64,000 bases of DNA, from the NCBI GenBank assembly GCA_963693365.1, contig CAVNZM010000009.1, forward strand, positions 5,772,245 to 5,836,244. The letters are read 5' to 3'. The DNA comes from Amoebidium appalachense (Eukaryota; Protista; Ichthyosporea). This document shows, piece by piece, positions 30,730 through 48,266 of this stretch (position 1 is the stretch's first letter; each line of letters starts with the position of its first letter). The translations under genes were made by a program, and so were the position numbers. The notes under the pieces were generated by a model that did not search any database, had not been told where the DNA came from, and saw nothing but the letters and a program-made list of their open reading frames with translations.

Positions 30730-31557
30730 ATGGATGTGTGGGTAGGGGTGGGTGGGTGGGTGGTTTTTTTTTTCTTTTTTCTTTCTTTTTTTTTTTTTTT
30801 TTTGGGGGGGGGGGGAAGGGGGGAGAGGGGTGGGTGGGTGGGCGGGGTGTGTTTGTGTATGTGTTTGTGTGGTGGTGGGGGGGGGGGGGGGGGGGGGGGG
30901 GGGTAGGGGTTCACGCATGCTTTTTTAGGTTACAGACGGGGGGGGAGGGGAGGGGGGATGGTGGGATGGGCAAATGGGGTGGGGGGGAGAGGGGTGGACG
31001 ATGGATGAGCAAGGGCATGGTTGTTTTGGTGAGGTGTGGGACAAAGAGCGGAGGGGAGGGGGTGGGGGGGAGGGGGTGGATGGAGGAGGTGGTGGATGGC
31101 GAGGGAGAGGGGGGGGGGGGAGGGGAGGAGGGGGGGGATGCGGGAGGAAGAGGTGAGTTGATGGGGTTTGAGGGTTAGAATTGTTGAAAGGTTCATTGCT
31201 GTATGGATGTCTGTGGGTGGTTGGGCCGTGCTTTTGAGAAGGGAGTGTGTGTGTGTGTGTTGTGTGTTGTGTGTGTGCGTGTGTGTCTTTAAAAGAGGGG
31301 GGGGGGGGGGGGGGGAGGGGGAAGGGAGGGAGGGGGGTCCCCACAAAATAAGAGAGGGAGGGAGTCGAGTGATGTTAAGTGGGCTTGCAAGCATCTGCAA
31401 TGCATGATGTGTGTGGATAGGTTGGAAGGGTTAATCTTCCGGAGGAAGAGGGGTGTGGGTAGGGCCTCGGGTGGTGGTGGTGCTGGTGTGTGATTGAAGG
31501 TGAGGAGGAAGCAGGGGGGAAGGGGGAGGGGGAGAGAAGGGAGGGGGAGAGGGGGGT

Positions 31558-31588
<31 letters not shown>

Positions 31589-32159
31589 GGCCCAAGGCTG
31601 TCTCAAGCCCCTTCTTTTGTGGATAGGCTTCCTGCATGTTTTTCTGCCCCTGATGTCATCGATTTGGTCTGCTTGCCCTAAGCTCCTCATTTTAGCAAAC
31701 TACCATTATGTCAAAATACAACATGGGGAATTATAACTCTGTCGACCCCCCCTCCCCCCCCCCCTTTCGCCCCGCGCCCCCTGGATGACGGGGGGGCAAC
31801 CCCTGAGGATGGGCTCTGCTTAGTGTGCGTACTCTTTATTTGTGGTTTGCACTCTGCATTGTGTTATGAGTTGTGAATGTATACATCGTACTTTATGGCT
31901 CATTCAGTCCCCCCCTCCCACCCACACCCCCCCACCCCCATTGGAACACCTAACCAAAACCCACATCAACCTCCATAAACCCCCTTTTTTCTGACATTTT
32001 CGTGCAACCTATTAGGTGTCTGCGACCCTTGTGAAGGCAGAGGAGCAAGAAAAGGCGGCCAAAAGGGCAGCCAGGTTTTCAATGGATGCTGGGGGGTCTG
32101 CCGAGAAGAAGCAGAAAACAGAACAGGCCCAGCCCACTGAGGCCACGGCGTCCAGCTAA
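28137..32159 (+). CDS. THO1: Tho1/SARNP/MOS11-family mRNA export factor without a SAP domain, 4 exons, about 148 aa
   Basis: Exons 28137-28151 (MAPAK), 29005-29186, 30573-30678 and 32016-32159, phase-consistent. Five RxxRF motifs: KRAERFG, SRVARFG, ARANRFG, KREERFG, KRAARFS. Confidence 0.85.
31781..31908 (+). mobile_element. Copy D of the poly(C)-associated short interspersed element
   Basis: CTGGATGACG...CCCCTGAGGATGGGCTCTGCTTAG...TGTGGTTTGCACTCTGCAT...CGTACTTTATGG..CATTCAGT then a C-rich run; sits about 100 nt before the acceptor at 32015. Confidence 0.8.
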
Positions 32160-32521
32160 ATATAGATGACAGGGATAAAAATAAGCTAGTGGGTAGTGGG
32201 TTAAACCAGTCCGGGCTTGTGGTGGCGGGTTTGATGGTGTGTTGCTTTCTGCCGCCCTAAATCAACCCCCATCATAATATAGCTGCATGTATGTTTTTTT
32301 TGGTGGGCAATGTTAGTGTTGTGTGTGTGTTGGAGAACTTGCTTGCTGCTTTTATCAAGTTTGGTAGATTCTTTGGCTTCCGTTGACTTCTCCCGTGGTG
32401 GGACATTGTTTTGTTTCCTGTCACTTTCCCTTCTATCGCTTATTCCTCAATGTCAGGCCCGTACAGGTAAGATATGTACACACAATGCCCCCCCTTTCAG
32501 CACCCTCTTTTGCTTATCTAG

Positions 32522-32557
<36 letters not shown>

Positions 32558-33092
32558 AAAAAAAAAAAAAAAAAAAAAAAAAAAAACAAACAAACAAACA
32601 CCAAACCCACCCACCCGCCCAACACACATACACGTATCCCACTCCTAACGCCTGCTCTCTTGGAGATTCCTGCGGATTTTGGGAGACTCTCATTGTGTCG
32701 TATGTGCAGTTTCTTATTCTTGCTCGTTTCTTTGTTCTGCTTTGTGGGCTGTTTCCCCTTGTTTTCATTTCATTACTTACTGTCTTCCCTTCTTGTCCTT
32801 TTTCATGCACCTCTTCTGGCAATGCAGCATACGAACATGGTTTATAAATCCACTAGATTGATTGCATGCATGTTTGTCCGTGTTCTTTTTGAATAAGCCA
32901 GTTGTGTGTCGCGAAATTTCGGTGGACGGTAGTGGTTGGCGGCCCGGTGCTGCCTGTGGGCATACATGTGTGTATAGTCTGGCACTACGTATGTATGGAT
33001 GGATGGCCACGACATAAAAACATAGGAAACTTATGACGGACGAGATTTAGGTATGCCATTTGCAGTAATTACAAGCCCCCCCCCCCCTCAAT

Positions 33093-33408
33093 ATATTTTT
33101 CTTGCTTCTGCTTACGTTGCTGCAACCTTAACCCCCGGCCTTTCCCACTGCCCTTGCCTGCATAAGTAACCCTGCTCGTACGCGTCTCTGATCGATACGG
33201 GTGACCCACTGGGCCATGCTGCAAGTGAGCATCTGAGTTGGGTTTTGTTAATGAGGTGAATGGGTCGAAACTCGGGTACTGTGGATGACGTGGGCGCCCC
33301 CTCAGGATGGCCTCTGCTTATTATGCATGCTCTTTATGTCATGGTCTTCATAATTCTGCATCGTGTTATCCGTTGTTCATGTGTACTTCATACTTTATGA
33401 CGCATTTA

Positions 33409-33410
<2 letters not shown>
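33093..33410 (+). mobile_element. Long copy E (about 320 bp) of the poly(C)-associated short interspersed element
   Basis: Aligns along its length with 60177-60477; ends TACTTTATGACGCATTTAAA followed by a C run of about 33 nt. Confidence 0.9.
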
Positions 33411-33443
<33 letters not shown>

Positions 33444-33728
33444 TGCAGCCCCCACGCGTGTGCCAATATAACCTGCCACATAGCCCGGGCCCGTGCGCAC
33501 GCATATATACATATGCAACACACGGTCATCATCATGCCCACGTACAAAAAAATCAAAAAAAAAATCATCCCCATTCAATCTCATAGTATGATACTAAATG
33601 TGCACAAGAACTTTGAAACACGTGTGCGCGTTAAATCAAGTCACGTGTGCATGCGTACTTAACCCGTACACTTATAATTATCGGATTACCCACACACCCA
33701 CATGTACATGTCCACCCGTACATGTATA

Positions 33729-33908
33729 CAGTCGACGTCCACGAATAAGAGACTCCCTCCACGGGGGCTAACGCTAAAGTATCTTATTCTCAAATATGAG
33801 AAAATGACGTCACTCGATAATAAACTATGACGTCATATAAATGTCCCCCCAACTTTGGTAGCACTAGATCTCTTATTCGTAGAGTCTCTTATTCGCGGAC
33901 GCCGACTG
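33729..33908. mobile_element. 180-bp MITE of Tc1/mariner (pogo-like) type
   Basis: 27-bp TIRs CAGTCGACGTCCACGAATAAGAGACTC (33729-33755) and its inverse at 33882-33908 with 2 mismatches, flanked by TA on both sides; non-coding interior. Confidence 0.9.
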
Positions 33909-34139
33909 TACGTGCACACTAAACTGAACCCGACCACACGTGCATTCGAATCATGTGCACGCACAAGAGCCAGGCATGTACATATGTATGTACGCATGCA
34001 CACGTGTGGATACATACACGTGCACACGTCACTTGCAATTGAAGTTGCACTGCATACGTGCGCACACTAGCAGGACAGCTACAGGCTTCCAGCTTCTTGG
34101 TTTGCAGATGGAGGGAGGGAGGGAGGGAGGGAGGGAGGG

Positions 34140-34188
<49 letters not shown>

Positions 34189-34759
34189 CTCATGCTGGCA
34201 AATTTAAAACGACTTTGAGAAGTATACGTAAGTTACACAGTCGGCTTTGGTTTTATTCTTTGAAACACGTGGATACGGACTCGACAAGAAATTGCAAAGA
34301 GGTGGACCCCTTACATGAAGAAACCTCTTTCCTTATTTTTTTTTTGCACAGTGGCGTCAACGGAGGAAATGTTATACTAAAGTTGATATTTCGAGCCACA
34401 CAGGGTTTTACTGTGCGTCACGCTCTGGTTTTCTTTCGGTATCGAGAAACAATGTACAGGATCATATAGAGAGGGACACGACTTGTGCGAAACATTCGAG
34501 CAAGGTTTTCTTGGAGCACTTCGTGACGACAAATTTCTTTGGAAAAAAAAACAAACAACCTAACAACTGGACAGCCAGCCCCCCAAAACAGCACAAAAGG
34601 AGCCCTACCTACTGATCACTGCAACGGTTGACTGCGTACATCACAACGAAATATCAAAAATCGAAAGAGGCGCAAGAAAGATATATAGGTTGCTCGTATT
34701 TTCCGAAGCAATTTCATCGTATATCCACATGCTTCATCCATGGACCAGCCCAATTTCCG

Positions 34760-35645
34760 CTACCACGAGTCGTAGGCACGGGGGCCCTTGCGCACCTCAT
34801 CCTGTAAATTTTCAACCAGCATATCAGTCAACTATCTATCTGCACTTGCATATATCTCGCAACACACACTGTCCAGTTCTATCTACCAAGAAAGTGTCTG
34901 TTGTTGTGTGAGTGTCTGGGAATGTGGGCCATGTGCACATGTGTTTGTGTGTGTGTGCCGGGGGGGGGGGGGGGGGGGAAGGGGGCAGGAGGGGAGAGGG
35001 TGTGCGTGTGTGTAGTGGGGGGGGGGGGGGGGGGGGGAAGGGGAGGGGGGGGGGCAGGGGAAGGGGAAGGGGAGGGGGGGGGGGGGGGGGGGGGAGAGGA
35101 GGGGGAAGGAGGGGTTGGAGGGTAGAATGTCTTAAAGGGTGCCAAGTGAATAATCATAACAGACAACACCAAGCAAAGTGCAAACCACACACAGAGAGTA
35201 TACATCACAAGCAGAGCCCCATCCTCACGCCCGAGGGGGGGGGGGGGGAGGGGGGGAGGGGGGGAGGGGGGGGAGGAGGAGGAGGGGTTTGAGGAACATG
35301 TGGTACACTCCTTTTCTCTTTAAGTAAACTCCCATGTTTGCTAATTCTCTCCACTTCCCTCTCAGATAAAAGAAGAACACAACACTTCAAAGATTCTTTT
35401 GTCATCGAAACCGCCCCCCCCACATCACCACCACCAAAACAAAACAAAACAAAACAAAACAAAATAAAACAAGACAAAACAAAACCAAACAAAACAAAAC
35501 AAAACAAAACAAAACAAAAAAAATCACGGCTGTATAGTCGCGTATATTAGTTCAATCTACGTCCGTGCACAATGTGTGCACACACGAACCGGTGTGTGCA
35601 TACATGTGGGTGAGCACGGAATGGTAAGAAGGCTTTTTTTTTTTT

Positions 35646-35695
<50 letters not shown>

Positions 35696-36236
35696 CTGCT
35701 ACCCTTGCAGCAGCTGTGACGATGGTGCCATCCGGCTTGATGACAATCAGAGTGGGAATACTGCGCACCTCATACTGCGGATAAAGGGTGAGATATCGGG
35801 GAGATATACCATGTAGGAGCACAGATATGCGTGCAGCATGGGAATAGAAAGCGGGGTGGGTACGACATCGAATTAACTGGAAGACATTATGGGTTCACCA
35901 AATATCTAGCATGTATAAATAGGATGTGTGTCTGGTGGAAAACAAGGAAAATCAGGCACGTTTAATTGATTATCCGATATAAATCTCTTAAATAACTTTT
36001 AGATATATATCTAAACTATCTCATAGATATATCGTAGATACATCGGAGATATATGGGTGTTAATTAGGTGCATGGGGCAATGTAGCCTGGGGCATGAGCT
36101 TCACAGTGTAGCGCACCGACATAACACAGCACACGTTGTGGGCCATTGTCCCAACAACCAAAAATGGCTGATTATATAAGCACACCAACCCACCCACTTC
36201 CACACACACGTGCGCGTGCACACACTTCCTCTCTCA

Positions 36237-36308
<72 letters not shown>

Positions 36309-36444
36309 CATACAAACACGCACATACACACACACACACACACACAAACACCCACACACCCACACACCCACACCCACACCCACACGTACACCAACACCCA
36401 CACCCACACACCCACACACCCACACGCACACCCACCCACACAAA

Positions 36445-36477
<33 letters not shown>

Positions 36478-36910
36478 CAACACACACACAACACACCTTT
36501 GCCTTGAGTGTAGCAATGAAGGGGTCACCGTGTTTGAGTGTCAGCCAGTCCCCGTGTGCCTCCGCCATGTAGCCCACCTGGTCACCCTCACTGCGATCGG
36601 ACCTGGAAGGTGGGGGTGGGGTGGGGTAGGGATGGGGGGAGGGGATATAGGGGAGGAAGAAAGAGTTGGTTACAAAGCCCGAAATGCTGATTCACGACAG
36701 AAAAAGCAATGCAGCTAACTCCCCTTCCCGTCCTCAGCCCTCTCTTCCCTTACCCCCCCCCCCCCCCCCCCACCCCCCACCCCCCACACACACGCAAAAA
36801 AGGGGGTGGTTTGTTTGTAAAGGACTTTTAAAGTGGTACCGGTGGTAGTGGTGGAAGCGGCGGAGTGTGCTTGTTCATACGCAAAGGTATGTGTGTGTGT
36901 ATAGTGTTCT

Positions 36911-36978
<68 letters not shown>

Positions 36979-37997
36979 CCTCCCCCTCTCTCTCTCTTGT
37001 GTGTGTGTGTGCGCGCGCGTGTGCGCGCCTTAAGTTTTTGTGTGTGTGCGTGTATGGTGTGTGCGTGCATGAGTATTCCGGGGGAGGGTCGTGGCAGTGA
37101 CATGTTACATACGTGACGAAGATGATCTCAAAGGGCTTGCCATCAGCCAGTATCTCCTCGTAGAAGTCCTTGAGGGTGGGCGTGAACATACGGCAGGGGG
37201 GGCACCAGTGCGCACTGAAGTAGAGTGCAACCTTTGGGGGGCCGGGGGGGGGAGGTCAATGTATGCATTGGAGGGATGGAATATAGAGGGGGGTGAGAGG
37301 AGGAGGAATTGATGGCTTTATGTGTAAACAGGAGCAGAGCTATATGGGTAGGTGACCCGTCAACCGTCTTGATTATTGACGTTCAAGGTTACTTGTGTGA
37401 GCAAGTGGCAGGAGAAAAACCAGTGAGAGGTGCCAGTTGCCAAGTTTTAGAAGTACACAAGAAGGGTAAGAAAGAAGCGGGTGCGAAGGGGCGGTAGGGG
37501 GGGGGAGGGTGGGGGGGAGGGGGGGGGGGGCGGGGGAGGGAGGGGAGAACAAGAAGATGAAAAGGCCACGGCACTAGATAATGCTGAAAAACACAGGATC
37601 AGCCAAACAAAAGAACAGCAAAAAATCACCTGTGATCACTCATTCTTGCATACAGAGACATAAATAATGTGCATCACAAAAGCAAACACACACACGCAAT
37701 GAACACACAAATACACACACTAGGCAAGCGCGAAAGTATATACACGCGCACACAATTGGACCATCATGATGCACACATACTGAAACAAAAGCAGATGCGC
37801 GAAATCCCGCAGCTTGTCTACATGCGTGTATAAACAACACACTGACCCACACACACACACGCGCGCGCGCGCACACACACACATACACAAACACAAACGC
37901 TTACCTTCTTTCCCGCCAGTATCTCCCCCTTTCCAGCAGGCACCAACTTGCCCCCCTCCAGGCGCATCAGATGCACGTCAGCAAAAAGCTCAGACAT
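34760..37997 (-). CDS. Nucleoredoxin/tryparedoxin-like thioredoxin (WCPPC), 5 exons, about 143 aa
   Basis: Exons 37997-37905, 37231-37113 ([26 protein letters not shown]), 36602-36497 ([14 protein letters not shown]), 35774-35703 ([16 protein letters not shown]) and 34801-34760; phases consistent. Confidence 0.93.
35129..35232 (-). mobile_element. Copy F of the poly(C)-associated short interspersed element
   Basis: Minus strand reads GTGAGGATGGGGCTCTGCTTGTGATGTATACTCTCTGTGTGTGGTTTGCACTTTGC; C-rich on both sides. Confidence 0.75.
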
Positions 37998-38869
37998 GGT
38001 TTCTTGCTGATCTTTCCTCAACAGACTAGGCCTTTTCTATTAAGCAAGGACTTCCAATGTTAGAAAGTGCTGTAGTAAAGTAATTGCTAGGTGCAAAACT
38101 GCTTGTTGCACACAGCGAATTGACGATGCGAAACAAAGGGTCTACCTACTGTCTATGATATGTCTGCAAAAGGTGAGAAAAAACAATGAAGGGCTGGCTC
38201 CAAAAAAATTTGTGAGCCGCTTGGGGACTGATCACGTCATCGGTTGCGCAATCACCAGATTTTGGCGCGAAACCAGCTGAACCTTCCCGGGCGCGTGTCA
38301 AGGCCCTGGCATACAACATAAAAAGAAAGAAATATAGGACGTGACAACTTTATGTATGCACGTGCACAACGTTTGGTATGAATTTTCTGTAACACCTGCC
38401 CCAGTGATAGGGATCTGTTAAAAACATGGTGGACGTGTGCCATTAGTATCATGGACAAGTGTTTTTAGGTTTAGCTGTCACCGTTCCCATTTTTCACAGA
38501 GGGAATTCTTCTTTTTGCAGGGCTTCATTGTAGGACATGTACGGTGGGACGGAGTTCAGGGTTCTTCCCCTAATCACTATATTTTTCCACTTTTTGGAGT
38601 TTTGAGAGGGAAAGCTCTTTTCCCAAAGAATAACTACTCACGATTTTTGGGTTTCTGCACATCTGCTTGTGGGCTTGAACGTTGGTTGTCTTGTTTCTTT
38701 GGACTGGCAATGGCCCCGTTCTTTACAAGGTTTACACCCAGGCTGATTCTCTAAATGTGGCTTGTGTTTTCTTTACCTCACCCACTCTATACGTTCAGAC
38801 CATACATCATCTGCAGATAAATGAGCTCTTGAGCACATACACTTTTGGTGCACACACCTATTCGAAAAC

Positions 38870-43262
<4,393 letters not shown>

Positions 43263-44137
43263 TGATAGTTGTATATAAAATTATGGGTTTCTTGTTTGGA
43301 TTCCTGTTCTCTTTTGGTGAAGGTGTTCTTATACCCGCAGTGTGTGGAGTCTATAGTATATGTATAGAGAATACATTTCAAACGATTACTACTCAAGTGT
43401 TTGATGCATTGCGGTTTGTAATTTAGGTGAGTCGAGCATACATGCGGTAGGTGATTCTGTGTGTTCATGTTAAGTGGTATGTTTACATGCGTACGTCATT
43501 TGTATAACCGAAACTTCTGAAAGCTTAAGGGCGGTGTAAACACAAGATTCAGTGGGTATGGTTGCTAGGTGCTGTGTGATTACTGGCGGACTCTGCCACA
43601 GACAAACATTACATAAGCATGTAATTAACGTCATATCTTCAGGTCCAACTTTCAGTCTGCCGTGCTGGGCTAATGCCTACATATAGGTTACATAATGATT
43701 CAGTCACCGTGGTGTGTGCAATGCACAGTGTGTGATTCACGCAGTGTTTGCGGTCGAGTTTCTCGTGTGTTTGCCAAGTGAACTGTTATGTTTCATCCAT
43801 TTATTCTTAATTAAGCTTGGGTTCTTTTTTCCGCTTTGCTGATGGATGGACCTGTGTGTGTGTGTGTGTGTGTGGGTGTGTGGGTGTGGGTGGGTGGGTG
43901 TGTGTGTGTGTGTGTCCGCGCGCCCGTGTGAGAGTGTGTGTGTGTGCGCGCACACAAACTGTGCATGAGAGTGCACGTGCATATGTGTCTCTGTTTGTGT
44001 GCATGCACGCGCACGCACTGCGCACATCTGTTCCTGTTCACAAATGTGGGTGAGCATGTACACTTTTATAACGGTGTGTCGAACTCTCCCTCCCTTTGTG
44101 CGTTTGACTTGTGCGTGTGTTTCTCTCTCTTAGTGTG

Positions 44138-44183
<46 letters not shown>

Positions 44184-44953
44184 ACGCCAGCGCGTGTGCA
44201 TGTGTGTTTGTGCTTGTGTTGGCATGTGCGTGTGTGCACGCACGCGCGTGTGTGCACGTCACGGTGTGTGTGCGTGTGTGCACATGTGTGTGTGTTTGTG
44301 CACGGGTATATGTGTGTGTGTGTGAGTTTGACACTGTGTGTGTGTGCGTGCGTACACGTGTTACACATGAATGTACATACGTATCTGTGCGACGCCATGT
44401 GCGCACGTGCCTGGGTGTGGTCGTGCGGGCAAAGTCTGGTGGTGGGAAGTTTCGTGGTTGGGAAGCTGGGGGGATGGGGGCCGGGGGTAGGGGGAGGAGA
44501 AGGAGGATGTTGAGGGGCAGGGGGGAGGGGGGGGGGGGGGGGGGGGGGTTGCATGCGCAAAAGGCGCAAGCTGCATTTGCCACATGTGCAAGAGGTGCCG
44601 GGATCAGGGTGTGCACTTGGAAATCATGCCTAGTAGTCACTTTAGTGCTGCTTTTATTATGCTATCTGGAGATGATACATAGAATATCCATGCAATCGCT
44701 AATTAGGTATGGGCTCTGATAATATTGGTAGGTGCAGCTAATCCCCCCCCCCCCCCCCCCCCCAAGTCTCTCTCTCCCCCCCCTTATCTTCTTTCAGATC
44801 TCCCCTGTTTCAGATCTCCCCTGCCCCCTCTCCCCCCCTTCCCTCGCGCTTTCCCGCCTCTCACCCGGCCGGCCCTTCCCTGCCCCTTTTTGTGGACCTT
44901 CAAAATTCCATCATGGATATTTTTGTATTGGACACAAGTTTTTTTTTTTTTTT

Positions 44954-45004
<51 letters not shown>

Positions 45005-45561
45005 TGTACACACTAGCTAGTACACGTATTTGGTACTAGTTGTACCCTCTGTCATGCGGCAGCGGTTCAAAGTTTACCAATAATACGTGCGTGATCCCGA
45101 CACGTGTAGCCGAAAATGTAAGCCAGCACACACTAACAACCCCCCCCCCCCCTCCCCCCGACACGGCTTTCTGCCTTTCTGCGGCGCAAGTGTACTTAGG
45201 CTATGTGCCGCGGCTTTGTCAATAGTTTGGTTTTTGCCGTTCTATTGGCGTCTCATTCCTGGGAACATACCGCCGTCGTTGGGGTTTGATTTGCAACACC
45301 CCGAGGATCACAGTGGCCTGCTCTATTGAATGGTCGACCCGTAAATTCCAGAAGTGGTGGAAAGGATAATATAATACTCAGTCTGTACATGCAAGCATTC
45401 TTTTCTGTCCGCCTCTCAAGGGAACTACTGGCACGAAGTCCAATGCAACAGCGTTCATCATAGTAACCACACACACACACACATATATAACATGCGCGTG
45501 TGCAAACACACAACTTCGCACGCTTACACCCAAAAGCACACATGACATGCATTCGCATACC

Positions 45562-45629
<68 letters not shown>

Positions 45630-46344
45630 TAAACAATCGGTTGGCCGCTAATCACAGCGTGTTAATATATTTATTTTCAATGCATGTTTTTTGCCAGGTT
45701 TGCCAACATTCGAAACAGTACTAAACTTTATCCCTGCAAAAGTGGCAATCACATCACCCCTCTTTTCCGTGTGCATAACGGATGCTGTCAAACAGACACT
45801 GCCTAATATCGATAATATGTAGGTCATTCGATTTTTCTGCTAAAAACACGTGTGACATTCGCTGCAATATATAACAACCCCCCCCCCCCCCCCCCAAAAA
45901 AAAAAAAAAAAAAGGGGGGACGGGAATATAAAAGGAAGCGATACATTTTTTACAATATCACTAACCTATCCTACTACTAATGGCAAGGTGATCAAGCCAA
46001 ATCAGTTTAATGATCCTTTTAAGCAGGGCGGATCATTCCCCATGATGCATACGGGGTACACTATCACCAACTGCGCGGCCGTGCTACTAAAAACCGTGAC
46101 CAGAACTGTACACAGAGCATACACACAGCTATTCCCAATGTGTGTGCGCATAGGGCATTACACGCAAAATGCCACACATTGCATGAGCGTCATAGGAACT
46201 TCATATAAGATATGAGCAAGGGGGGGGGGGGGGGGGGAAGAAGAAGGTTGGTTGGGTTGGTTGGTTGGTTGGGAGGAGGGGAGGGGAGGGGGGGGGGAGG
46301 AGGGATTGAGTTCACACACGAAAAACGGAAGAACGCATGGCCCT

Positions 46345-46523
46345 TCACACGTCGTTGTACACAGACCACAAGGAAATGTTGTTGTCTCTTCCCCCCGCCG
46401 CCAACAACCATCCCATGGCACTGGTGTTGGCAAAGGACACACACTGCAGAGAAGCACTGTGGCGCTCAAAAACACACAGCGGGCTGTCTTTCTTGAAGCT
46501 GAACACACGCAGCCTGTGTGTAT

Positions 46524-46590
<67 letters not shown>

Positions 46591-47085
46591 TGTGTGTGTG
46601 TCTGTGTGTCTGTGTGTGTTTGACGGGGAGGCGGGGCAAGGGGGGAGTGGGAGCAAACGGAGGAAAAAAGAGAGGAGTGGGGGAATTGTTAGGTTAGTGG
46701 TGCATTCTTTTCGTGCGTGTGGGAAGGCAACTAAAGGAGTAAGGCAGGAGAGTGGGGGGTGGGGAGAGGAGGGGAAGAGGAGGAAACGTGTGAATGTGTG
46801 TGTGTTGGGGCGCGGGGGGAGGGGGGGGGGGGGGGAGGGTTAAATCTTCATAGAGGATGCGCCAGGTAAGGCAGCCACCTCAAGAACCTATTTCCGTTTC
46901 CCCCCCACCCACCCATCAACCCCCCCCCCCCCCCCCCCCCCCCCCCCAACAAACACACACCCACACACACACGTACACGCACGCACGCACGCACGCACGC
47001 ACAAAGGCACGCACGCACGCGCGTGCGCGCACGCGCACACACACACACAGATACACACACGTACGCGCGTGCGCGCACGCGCGCG

Positions 47086-47140
<55 letters not shown>

Positions 47141-47373
47141 GCGCCTGCGCGCACACACGCGCACACACACACACACACACCTTCCATCCCAGCCCGCTGT
47201 AGCATATATCCTTCTGTCCCCTCTTATTGCAAGGTCATTGACCCCCCCAGTCATCAACTCTACAGACCCCAGGCGTTCCACCCCGTCCTGTGAGGTCAAA
47301 AAAAAAAAATAGATCAGTGAAGTCAACAAACGGGCGTCGAAACAATGTATCATATGGGCATCTCTCCCTGTCT

Positions 47374-47410
<37 letters not shown>

Positions 47411-48209
47411 TTCCACCACCACCACCATGCCCCCCTTCTGCCCCCCTCCCTCTCCTCCCCAACCACACCTCCCCCCCCCCCCTCCCCAAGTACTCTCACC
47501 CAAACCCAGCGCCACTCTTTCATCGAATAACACATCTCTCACCGAACTGCAAATGAAGATGCACATAAGCACACAGACAAAACACACATCAGTCACAATA
47601 CACACACACACATGCACATGCACACACACACATACCACACATTAACACATGTGCTACACCACCAAAACATATCAGGAGACGCACAACACGCTTAACAGCC
47701 TTGTCCCCACATATCAACACACGCACAATTAAACTGCCCTCCCCCCCCCCCCCCCCCCCCCTCTTTCCCCCCCCAACATCCACCCACCCAATAAACCTAC
47801 TTTAACTCCAACCCACCTACCCACCCATGCGATTCTCCCCCCCCCCCCCCCTCCCCCCCCCCCCCCCCCCCCCCTTTCCTCCCCTGCCACCCACATGACC
47901 CGGCTCGGTCTGTCAGAACTTTCATCCTCTCCAAAACATGATATCCCCACCCCTCCTGTCCCTATACGTCCTCGCTCCATCTCTTCAATGGTGCACTGTG
48001 TAGCTCAAAGTGTGCGCGGATGTTGGGGGGGGTGGGGGGGGGGGGGGGGGGGGGGGGAGGGGGGGAAGGGCGGGGATTTTTTTTTTTGGAGGGGGGGGGG
48101 GGGGGGAAGAGGTGGGGAGGGAGGCAAAGAGTGGGGGTAAAGCAAAACATATCCGACTATCCGATAAAAGGGATGGGAGGTGAAGGGGAGGAGGGGAGGA
48201 GGGGATGAA

Positions 48210-48266
<57 letters not shown>

